Source of the DNA: a virus
Virus genome (UHGV): UHGV-0853564
Length of the DNA stretch: 43,023 nt
Direction: 5' to 3' (one strand)
In this document: piece by piece, positions 30,786-38,607 of the stretch
Position numbering within the stretch: the first letter of the stretch is position 1
Layout of the letters: the number at the start of each line of letters is the position of its first letter
Notes under the pieces: generated by a model
Databases searched by the model: none
What the model was told of the DNA's origin: nothing
The model's input: the letters and a program-made list of their open reading frames with translations, nothing else
Position numbers and translations under genes: made by a program

Positions 30786-33059
30786 ATGAGTTACCTGTTC
30801 TTAGACTTTGAAACATTCTCCGAAGCCGATTTAAAGAAAGTCGGTTCCTACGCTTACGCCGAACATCCAACTACAGAAGTGCTTATCTGTACCTATGCTT
30901 TTGACGACGAGCCTGTGCAGGTATGGGATTGCACGGACGGCAGCGACATGCCAGGGGATTTGCACCGCGCACTGCGCCGCCTGGTTAAGCCAAACAGCCG
31001 CATCAAGATGGTGTGGCACAACGGTGGACTTTTCGATAGGCTCATCATGAAGCACTGCTGGGGTTTCGATATCCCCGTAAGCAACACCATTGATACGATG
31101 ATTTGGGCGTTTCGTCACGCGCTGCCGGGTTCACTTGATGCACTGTGTGAAGTGCTGGGCGTATCCGCGGACAACGCGAAAGATAAACGCGGTAAGGCGC
31201 TGATTCAGCGTTTCTCTAAACCGACGCCGAAGAACTACAAAATTCGCCGCTACACTGCTGAAACTCACCCTGACGAATGGGCGCTGTTCATCAAATACGC
31301 CGTGAGCGACATCACTGCGATGCGTGAAGTCTTCCATAAACTGCCGCGTTGGGGTAACTCCGAGTTCGAAGACCGTGTACTGGAACTGGACCAGTTAATC
31401 AACGACAGAGGCTTCTTTGTTGACACGGCTCTTGCTGAGGCGGCGGTAGCGGCAGTTGAACGCCACAAGCAAGAGCTAAAAAACGAGGCCCGCGCGAAAT
31501 TCGGGGGGAAACTAACGGGCAAAGATTTCCTGCCAATACTTCGGGAGCTGGCACCGGCCTACAATATTTATAATGCGCAGAAAGCAACGCTCGAAGGTTT
31601 GCTAGAGGACGATGACCTGCCTGATGATGCGCGTACAATCATTGAGATGCGCCTCGGCGCGGCCTCCACGGCGTCGACAAAATACAAACCGCTCCTGCTA
31701 GGACGGTCCAAAGACGGACGCCGCCGCGGTTGCATCCAGTACGGTGGGGCAAAGCGCACTTTACGATTTGCGGGTAAAGGGTTCCAGCCGCAGAACCTGT
31801 CGCGCGGGTACTACCATGACGACCCAACTAATGAGGAAAAGAAACTTGTACGTCAGCCGTGGGAGTCCGACGAAGACTGGAACCGCAGGCTTAACCCGCT
31901 ATCATTTGGTATCAATTTGCTTTTAAAGGGTCGGGCGCATCGCCGTTTTGATATATCTAAACTAACGGCCTCAACTGTCCGCAGTTGCATCATCCCGGAA
32001 AAAGGCAATAAGTTGCTCGTTGCCGACTACTCAAACGTGGAAGGGCGTGGGTTAGCCTGGACGGCGGGGGAGGCGTCTGCCCTTGAGACGTTCCGCGCGG
32101 GGATTGATATTTATTGCGCCACTGCGGGCAAGATGTTTGGTATGGACCCTATAGAACTGAAAGCCACCCGTAAAGACCTACGACAGGTCGGGAAATGTTG
32201 CGAGCTCGGCCTCGGCTACGAGGGGGGTGTAGGGGCCTTCATGACTATGGCTAAAACTTACGGGCTGGACCTCTTTAAAATGACGGAGACAATGCGGGGG
32301 ACATTCCCTGACCATATATGGGCCGCCACTGCCCGAGGCTATGAATGGGCGCGGATCCAGGAGGCTAAGCGGCCTCCAAAACCTGGTAAAAAGGATGAAC
32401 GGGCCTCTTACGTGCTGCCTAAGGAAGTGTGGCGTACCTGTGATGCTATCAAGCGCATGTGGCGGGAGGCCCATCCGGAAACAGTGAAATTCTGGAACGA
32501 CCTTAAGGATTCAGTGATTGCCGCAATCAGAAATCCTGGGCGAGAGTTTTGGGCGGGGGCCAGGGTCCGCCTCAACGGCGACAGAGCTATTCGCATCTGG
32601 CGTACTAAAGAGAAAGACAGACAAGGTAACTTTGTGCCAGGTTGGTGGTTGTGCGTGGAATTGCCGTCCGGGCGCATCATGTCCTACCCTGGTATAGGTT
32701 TAAGCGTCACTAAAGAGACCGACGAGGACGGGCGCGTAACAACTAACGTTCGCATTAAATACCAGGGCGAAAATCAGACTACCCGCCAGTGGACAACTTT
32801 GTACACCCACGGCGGGAAATTGTGTGAAAACATTATCCAGGCGTTGTGTCGTGATTTACTGGTTAACGGACTCCTGACGGTCGAGGCAGCAGGCTACCCA
32901 ATTGTACTTCACGTACATGACGAATGTGTCGCCGAAACGCCAGACACACCGGAGTACACGGTTAAAGAGATGGGTGATCTGCTATGCTCATTACCTGAAT
33001 GGGCTAAAGGGTTCCCGTTAACATGGGCTGGGGAAGAGGTGTACCGTTATGCCAAGTAA
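30786..33059 (+). CDS. DNA polymerase, family A (Pol I-like) with 3'-5' exonuclease domain
   Basis: Exo motif LDFETFS; polymerase motifs ADYSNVEGR (motif A-like), RQVGKCCELGLGYEGG (motif B-like), LHVHDECV (motif C-like). Confidence 0.8.
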   Translation: MSYLFLDFETFSEADLKKVGSYAYAEHPTTEVLICTYAFDDEPVQVWDCTDGSDMPGDLHRALRRLVKPNSRIKMVWHNGGLFDRLIMKHCWGFDIPVSNTIDTMIWAFRHALPGSLDALCEVLGVSADNAKDKRGKALIQRFSKPTPKNYKIRRYTAETHPDEWALFIKYAVSDITAMREVFHKLPRWGNSEFEDRVLELDQLINDRGFFVDTALAEAAVAAVERHKQELKNEARAKFGGKLTGKDFLPILRELAPAYNIYNAQKATLEGLLEDDDLPDDARTIIEMRLGAASTASTKYKPLLLGRSKDGRRRGCIQYGGAKRTLRFAGKGFQPQNLSRGYYHDDPTNEEKKLVRQPWESDEDWNRRLNPLSFGINLLLKGRAHRRFDISKLTASTVRSCIIPEKGNKLLVADYSNVEGRGLAWTAGEASALETFRAGIDIYCATAGKMFGMDPIELKATRKDLRQVGKCCELGLGYEGGVGAFMTMAKTYGLDLFKMTETMRGTFPDHIWAATARGYEWARIQEAKRPPKPGKKDERASYVLPKEVWRTCDAIKRMWREAHPETVKFWNDLKDSVIAAIRNPGREFWAGARVRLNGDRAIRIWRTKEKDRQGNFVPGWWLCVELPSGRIMSYPGIGLSVTKETDEDGRVTTNVRIKYQGENQTTRQWTTLYTHGGKLCENIIQALCRDLLVNGLLTVEAAGYPIVLHVHDECVAETPDTPEYTVKEMGDLLCSLPEWAKGFPLTWAGEEVYRYAK

Positions 33060-33180
33060 ACTGATTATCGCGGTACTGGCGGGATTCGCCGCCGGGGTCT
33101 ACTGTCACGAGGGTCAATACGGCATGATGGTTGCCATATTGGGCATGTTCATCGCAATTTATCTGTGGGTGCTGGAATGA
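33049..33180 (+). CDS. small hydrophobic protein (43 aa)
   Basis: ATG overlapping polymerase 3' end; single TM-like segment; low confidence. Confidence 0.25.
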   Translation: MPSKLIIAVLAGFAAGVYCHEGQYGMMVAILGMFIAIYLWVLE

Positions 33181-33261
33181 AAATTTACTGGTTCTACGAA
33201 GAAGACTGCCGAATCTGTCCGCGCTGCGGTATTGAGCATACAAAACGGGAGGGGTGCATAG

Positions 33262-33579
33262 ATGAGTACGCCTGAGGGGCGCGTGCAGAAATATGCAAAA
33301 GAGCGATTCGAGGCCCTCGGTGGCCTCGTTCGAAAACTTTCCTACGAGGGTCGCTCTGGCGCTCCTGACCTGCTGGTAATTCTCCCCGGCGGAATCATCT
33401 GGTTCGTCGAGGTTAAGAAAGACGAAAACACGAAGCCAGACCCGCACCAGTTACGGGAGCATGGGCGGATGCGTAAACGTGGTGCAAATGTTTTTGTAGT
33501 TGGTTCGATAAAACAGGTTGACACCTTAATAGCGGACTATTATAGTAAGCGCATACCCCAACAATATAAGGAATTATAA
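33262..33579 (+). CDS. VRR-NUC domain nuclease
   Basis: GAPDLLVILPGGIIWFVEVKK matches VRR-NUC PD-(D/E)XK signature. Confidence 0.6.
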   Translation: MSTPEGRVQKYAKERFEALGGLVRKLSYEGRSGAPDLLVILPGGIIWFVEVKKDENTKPDPHQLREHGRMRKRGANVFVVGSIKQVDTLIADYYSKRIPQQYKEL

Positions 33580-33580
33580 A

Positions 33581-33835
33581 ATGGCTATCGAACTTCAACT
33601 GTCAGTAAACACCATGATTATGGGTTCAATCGATTCATCTGTACGCATCGGTAAATACACAGGGGCGTCAGTTAATTACTCATGGTCTATGAAGGTTTCG
33701 GAAGTGAACCGTATCCTGGGTTTCGGGTCAGTTGGCTGCAAGGTGCTGGCAGAAGACGTCGCTAAAGGGCTGTCTGTAGACTTCACAACGGCTGGAGAAC
33801 TCATTAAGCAAGTTCAAGCCGAATTATCTAACTAA
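33581..33835 (+). CDS. hypothetical protein
   Basis: ORF track. Confidence 0.4.
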   Translation: MAIELQLSVNTMIMGSIDSSVRIGKYTGASVNYSWSMKVSEVNRILGFGSVGCKVLAEDVAKGLSVDFTTAGELIKQVQAELSN

Positions 33836-33838
33836 TAC

Positions 33839-33854
33839 AGGCCCTTCGGGGCCT
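33839..33854 (+). terminator. stem-loop AGGCCC-UUCG-GGGCCT
   Basis: UUCG tetraloop hairpin followed by leader ttaactataaggaattgagaaATG. Confidence 0.35.
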
Positions 33855-33874
33855 TAACTATAAGGAATTGAGAA

Positions 33875-34066
33875 ATGAAACACGAATATGACCGCAAACC
33901 AGCACGCGACATCGTACCTGGCGACATGATTTTCAACGTTAAGACCCGTCGTCCTGTTGCCGTTGATACGGTGTTCGTCGAGTCAAATGGCAAACTGGTT
34001 ATCGAAGATGTAACCGGTAACGTTACGGCGTTCGGGCGTAAAGAGCTGGTGCTGGTGGTGAAATGA
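33875..34066 (+). CDS. hypothetical protein
   Basis: ORF track. Confidence 0.4.
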   Translation: MKHEYDRKPARDIVPGDMIFNVKTRRPVAVDTVFVESNGKLVIEDVTGNVTAFGRKELVLVVK

Positions 34067-34746
34067 TTGTCTGGTCATTGTTTGACGGTTCGGGCCTTAT
34101 GGCCCAACCGTGGGCGGAAGCGGGCCATACTTGCTACTGTTTCAACTACGACGGCGCTGACCACGGCGACTACGCACGATTGGGCGCAAGGGTTGAACAT
34201 GAAAACATCCACTATATAAACGCGTGGATTGACAATAAATTCGACTTCGAGGTTTCGCCGGATATTATTTTTGCGTTCCCTCCGTGCACAGATTTAGCTG
34301 TTAGCGGCGCGGCGCATTTCGAAATGAAGCGGAAGAAGAATACAACTTTTCAGGTAGAGGCCGTGATTACATGCAAAGTGGCGGCACGTCTGGCTAAAAA
34401 GTATAACGCACCCTATATGATTGAGAACCCGGTTAGTGTTCTTTCATCTTTATGGCGTAAGCCTGATTATGTGTTCAACCCACACGAATACGGCGGCTAT
34501 TTACCGGAAGACGATACGCATCCAATGTTCCCGGATGTTATTCCAGCGCAGGATGCCTATGTTAAAAAGACGTGCCTATGGGCAGGCAATGGGTTTGTTA
34601 TGCCCGACGTTGCTGTAGTTGCCGCTGATAGCGGGGATAACCCTGGTTGGGCTAAACTCGGCGGAAAGAGCGCCAGAACAAAGACAATCCGCAGCCTCAC
34701 CCCACGAGGTTTCGCAAAAGCAGTTTACGAGGCCAATCATGTCTAA
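34063..34746 (+). CDS. short DNA cytosine-C5 methyltransferase-like protein (no obvious target-recognition domain)
   Basis: Motif I-like LFDGSGL, PC catalytic motif FPPCTD, motif VI-like IENPV; only 227 aa. Confidence 0.55.
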   Translation: MIVWSLFDGSGLMAQPWAEAGHTCYCFNYDGADHGDYARLGARVEHENIHYINAWIDNKFDFEVSPDIIFAFPPCTDLAVSGAAHFEMKRKKNTTFQVEAVITCKVAARLAKKYNAPYMIENPVSVLSSLWRKPDYVFNPHEYGGYLPEDDTHPMFPDVIPAQDAYVKKTCLWAGNGFVMPDVAVVAADSGDNPGWAKLGGKSARTKTIRSLTPRGFAKAVYEANHV

Positions 34747-36163
34747 GTTTCAAAGGCGCGAGTACCAGAAGCTCATGACTTCGTTCATGTTGCGACACCA
34801 TCGATGTAATATTTGGGCGAGCATGGGCGCCGGGAAGACTGGTAGCGTCCTGTGGACTTTAAACCGCCTGTTCCGCAACGGGCAACTTACGGACGACGAC
34901 CGTGTGTTAATCCTCGCCCCGTTGCGAGTTTCGTCTGGCACATGGCCTGCGGAACAAGAGAAATGGAACTTTCCTTGTCTGAGTGTAGTCGATGCAACTG
35001 GTTCAGAGAAGCGCCGCATCGCGGCGCTGGAGTCTGACGCTAATGTGGTGTGCACGAACTACGAAGTTATCGAGTGGCTGATTGACTACTACGGCAAAGA
35101 CGACTGGCCTTTTACCGTTATCGTTGCCGATGAAAGCACGAAACTGAAATCATTCCGTAGCCGTTCTGGTGGTAGTAAGAGGGCGAAGGCGCTCAGTAAA
35201 GTAGCATTCGGAAAGGTTAAGCGCTTCATCAACCTGACTGGTACACCGTCGCCGAACGGCCTCAAAGATTTGTGGGGCCAGAACTGGTTTATCGACGCAG
35301 GCGAGCGACTAGGCTCATCATACACAGCATTCACTGACCGCTGGTTTAACTCGGTACAGGAAGGCAAATCTGCGATGGCGCGAAGGTATCGTGTACGCCC
35401 TGGCGCGGATAATGAGATTCACCAGAGGATGAAAGACATTAGTCTCACGATTGACGCCGCTGAGTGGTTCGGTTGTGAAGCGCCGATTATTGTTCCGGTT
35501 GAAATCGACTTGCCGAAGAAAGCGCGTCAGGCGTACATCGATATGGAGGAGAAGTTATTCGCGGAACTTGAGAGCGGGGAAGTGGAAGCGGCTAACGCGG
35601 CGGCGAAGACGTCGAAGTGTTTGCAGATTGCATCCGGCGCCGTATATGTGTCCGGGCCAGACGGCGAAGCAACGAAAGACTGGGAGAAAGTGCACGATAC
35701 GAAACTGGATGCGCTTGAGTCAATTGTTGAGGAGTTACAGGGCGCGCCGTTACTGGTGGCTTATCAGTTTAAGCACGAACTGGAGCGCATCCTTAAACGA
35801 TTCCCGCAGGCACAGGCGTTTGCCAAAGGTGCGAAGGGTAATAAGCAGATGGAAGCGTGGAACCGCGGGGAAATCGAGATTTTGTGCGTCCACCCTGCGT
35901 CAGCCGGGCATGGTTTGAATTTACAGGACGGCGGACATCATCTGGCATTCATATCGCAAGGCTGGAACCTTGAGCACTATTTACAGGTCGTTGAGCGCAT
36001 CGGCCCTGTTCGCCAGAAACAGGCAGGCCACGAGCGCCCGGTGTTCCTTTATCACATAGTCGCTAAAGACACTCTTGACGAGGTTGTTGCCGCGCGTACC
36101 GACGAGAAGAAATCGGTACAGGAAGAGTTGCTTAATTACATGAAGAGACGAGGTAAGAAATGA
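34739..36163 (+). CDS. SNF2-family helicase
   Basis: Walker A SMGAGKTG, motif II VIVADEST, motif III NLTGTPSPNGL; ATG 34739 overlapping upstream stop (track start 34619). Confidence 0.7.
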   Translation: MSKFQRREYQKLMTSFMLRHHRCNIWASMGAGKTGSVLWTLNRLFRNGQLTDDDRVLILAPLRVSSGTWPAEQEKWNFPCLSVVDATGSEKRRIAALESDANVVCTNYEVIEWLIDYYGKDDWPFTVIVADESTKLKSFRSRSGGSKRAKALSKVAFGKVKRFINLTGTPSPNGLKDLWGQNWFIDAGERLGSSYTAFTDRWFNSVQEGKSAMARRYRVRPGADNEIHQRMKDISLTIDAAEWFGCEAPIIVPVEIDLPKKARQAYIDMEEKLFAELESGEVEAANAAAKTSKCLQIASGAVYVSGPDGEATKDWEKVHDTKLDALESIVEELQGAPLLVAYQFKHELERILKRFPQAQAFAKGAKGNKQMEAWNRGEIEILCVHPASAGHGLNLQDGGHHLAFISQGWNLEHYLQVVERIGPVRQKQAGHERPVFLYHIVAKDTLDEVVAARTDEKKSVQEELLNYMKRRGKK

Positions 36164-36675
36164 CGGATTTCGAAGAGTTTCTACTTAAAGCTCATCTGCT
36201 GGCGCGTGGGTTTGACGCCGACCGTCTCCAGGTAGTCTTGGCCCCCGGCGTTGCTACATTCTACTTGTGGGGCTTTGACGGTAGGCTACGCGGATACCAG
36301 CATTACAAGCCACATGCTGAAAAGAACTGTAAAAACCCTAAAGATGCGCGGTACTTTACCCGAACAACAAGGCCGTGTTTATGGGGGCTTGAGTATTTGC
36401 CAAGTAGCGGGGTGGTATTTGTTACCGAAAGCATATTTAAAGCTGCTGCTTTGATGAATTGCGGGTTCAATGCCGTAAGCGCACTTGGGTCAAATATACC
36501 AACCGACCTACGGCAGCAAATGTCACTTTTGCCGTATGACTGGGTGTGCGCGGGCGACAATGATAAAGCTGGCTTAAAGTTCAGCAAAACATTCTCCAGA
36601 GGATTTGTGTCAAACGACCTTGATGAGCTTTGTGAAGAAGAAATAACGTATCTTGCGAGGAAATTTACCAGATGA
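36160..36675 (+). CDS. Toprim-domain protein (primase-like)
   Basis: VVFVTES ... VCAGDNDKAG resembles Toprim E and DxD motifs. Confidence 0.5.
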   Translation: MTDFEEFLLKAHLLARGFDADRLQVVLAPGVATFYLWGFDGRLRGYQHYKPHAEKNCKNPKDARYFTRTTRPCLWGLEYLPSSGVVFVTESIFKAAALMNCGFNAVSALGSNIPTDLRQQMSLLPYDWVCAGDNDKAGLKFSKTFSRGFVSNDLDELCEEEITYLARKFTR

Positions 36676-36809
36676 ACATAATAGCCCCGATTCCGGCATT
36701 GCAAAAACGTATCAAGGAACTCGAAGAGGAGGTTCTACGACTACGGCAACAGAGAGATGCCGCTAATGCGCAACTGGCGTTTATACTGGAGAAGTTATTA
36801 GAAGAGTAG
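36672..36809 (+). CDS. small coiled-coil protein (45 aa)
   Basis: ATGA overlap with upstream gene; followed directly by terminator. Confidence 0.3.
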   Translation: MNIIAPIPALQKRIKELEEEVLRLRQQRDAANAQLAFILEKLLEE

Positions 36810-36815
36810 AGAAAA

Positions 36816-36831
36816 GGCCCCGAAAGGGGCC
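36816..36831. terminator. bidirectional terminator GGCCCC-GAAA-GGGGCC
   Basis: Near-identical to hairpin at 4516..4531; between convergent rightward module and tailspike gene. Confidence 0.65.
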
Positions 36832-36837
36832 TTAGTT

Positions 36838-38595
36838 TTATGCAAGCCTTGTAACACTAAAAGAAAATGCGCTTGCTATGCCTGCACCGCTGACAGTGTT
36901 CCTAAGTGTAACCCTGAAGCTGGTTGTACTGCTATATATAACATCACAACTCACGGAATCAGGGGCTGATATTGGCGTTATCTGCACCACATAACCATTA
37001 GTAGATGTGGCTAATTGCTGAGAAAATGTCACATCATAAACACCTGTAGCTACCATGTTTACTGAGGATACACCCGGTGCTACATCAATACTGCCATTAG
37101 CGTTAATTCTCCCTGAACGAGGAATGCCGCCAGAGGAAATTGACGCTGCTTTACTTGTTTCTTCCATGAACGTGCAACCTATGTCTATAAACTCAACGTT
37201 ACCTACCGCGTGCCAATATGGTCGCGATACGTCAGGCACGTAACCGGCGACACTCTGGAATGTCGTCCCGTTGAGAATGACTGTTAATTTCCCTCCACCA
37301 GAAGAAGTAGCTAAAATGTTGTAGGTAGTGTACGCCGTACCACTAACCCGATGGAAGTTTCCGCCATTGATAACCAACGTTACTGGACGTGAGCCTGCGT
37401 TGTCGATTAATAAGTCTGCCTTCCCGGAGTTAGCCTCAAAATATGGGTTATTTAGCACTACGGCGCCAGAGCCGTTTAGTCCGTTGACCGCTATATTCAT
37501 TCCTCCGGTGGAATCGCTTCCAGCAATACCATTACCCTCACATGTAAGGCTATTGATAGTTGTTCCGGCGCCCCAGCGGTCCCCTAAAATGCCCCATCGT
37601 GTATTGCCGCTGGCGGTTAATCTGTTGACAGTGATTGCATTAAGTTCTGACCATTCACTGGAGTTAAGTATGCGCCAGCCAATACTGTTACCCTCTAAGT
37701 ACACATTATCCAATTCAGAAGTTAATACAGCGTCTGTTCGTAAACCTTCGCCGTTGGTATGTCCGTAAGATACTATGTTCTCTAACTTGGTGTATGCTTT
37801 ATCGGTTACGAGAAGACCGTAAGACGTTGCTGAGCCTTTTAGCGTAATATTCCCGAGATAATCATAAGCATGTATTCGTTGGGTTGCTCCGACAGTATCC
37901 CCTAGCATCTTCAAGTTAAAATCAGCAACCTGACAGTTAAAGATAGTCTCCGCCATATTCTCGCCCTCGTAATGAGCGCGAACACCAGGAGAGCCTATAA
38001 ATGCGGCGTCGTAGTTTCCATAATCGAGTACCAGCGCCGACGTTACATCATAAACACCTTGTTTAATTTTTAATGCGCCGCCGAGATGCCAGTTAGTTAA
38101 CGGATTCTGGAACATGTCACCGTCAATACGGCTTATAGCATCCCTCACCGCTTCCGTAGTGCTGTACGCAACAAGGTCCGCACCCAAACCATCGTCCGGG
38201 TTTGCCAGGTCATTCCGTAAATTCGGGTCAGTCTGCGGCTCCCAGTCAGCATTACCCACCGGGTTAAACGATGCGGGGACAACAACCGGCAACGTACCCG
38301 CATACGAGTACCATGTTTTGCTAACCGGGTCATAAACTACTTTATCCCGGTCGTCGACAGCTAGTGTTCCGCCAGTGGAAAAGTCCCATGACACGGGAGA
38401 AAACCCAGCATCACGCAACACAGCGGGTAGCGTCTTCTGAGTCTGCCCTGTAACCTGGTTTGTCGCGTAATCAATATCGGCCCCACCAGCTACGCCACCG
38501 GATTTACCAGTGATAACTTCAGCTTCGAAAATCTGGTGTTTTTTTGCGGTCTGTAAGTCCGCCAGGCTTAAAACGTCACCGCATCCGCTTGACAT
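36838..38595 (-). CDS. tailspike / tail fiber with beta-helix-like repeats (candidate depolymerase)
   Basis: 585 aa, Gly/Asn/Thr/Ser-rich repeats typical of right-handed beta-helix tailspikes; last gene of tail operon. Confidence 0.55.
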   Translation of the reverse strand: MSSGCGDVLSLADLQTAKKHQIFEAEVITGKSGGVAGGADIDYATNQVTGQTQKTLPAVLRDAGFSPVSWDFSTGGTLAVDDRDKVVYDPVSKTWYSYAGTLPVVVPASFNPVGNADWEPQTDPNLRNDLANPDDGLGADLVAYSTTEAVRDAISRIDGDMFQNPLTNWHLGGALKIKQGVYDVTSALVLDYGNYDAAFIGSPGVRAHYEGENMAETIFNCQVADFNLKMLGDTVGATQRIHAYDYLGNITLKGSATSYGLLVTDKAYTKLENIVSYGHTNGEGLRTDAVLTSELDNVYLEGNSIGWRILNSSEWSELNAITVNRLTASGNTRWGILGDRWGAGTTINSLTCEGNGIAGSDSTGGMNIAVNGLNGSGAVVLNNPYFEANSGKADLLIDNAGSRPVTLVINGGNFHRVSGTAYTTYNILATSSGGGKLTVILNGTTFQSVAGYVPDVSRPYWHAVGNVEFIDIGCTFMEETSKAASISSGGIPRSGRINANGSIDVAPGVSSVNMVATGVYDVTFSQQLATSTNGYVVQITPISAPDSVSCDVIYSSTTSFRVTLRNTVSGAGIASAFSFSVTRLA

Positions 38596-38607
38596 ATAGA
38601 GTCCTCT

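Noticed and set aside
37328-37768. 146-aa plus-strand ORF
   Set aside because: Antisense within the tailspike gene.
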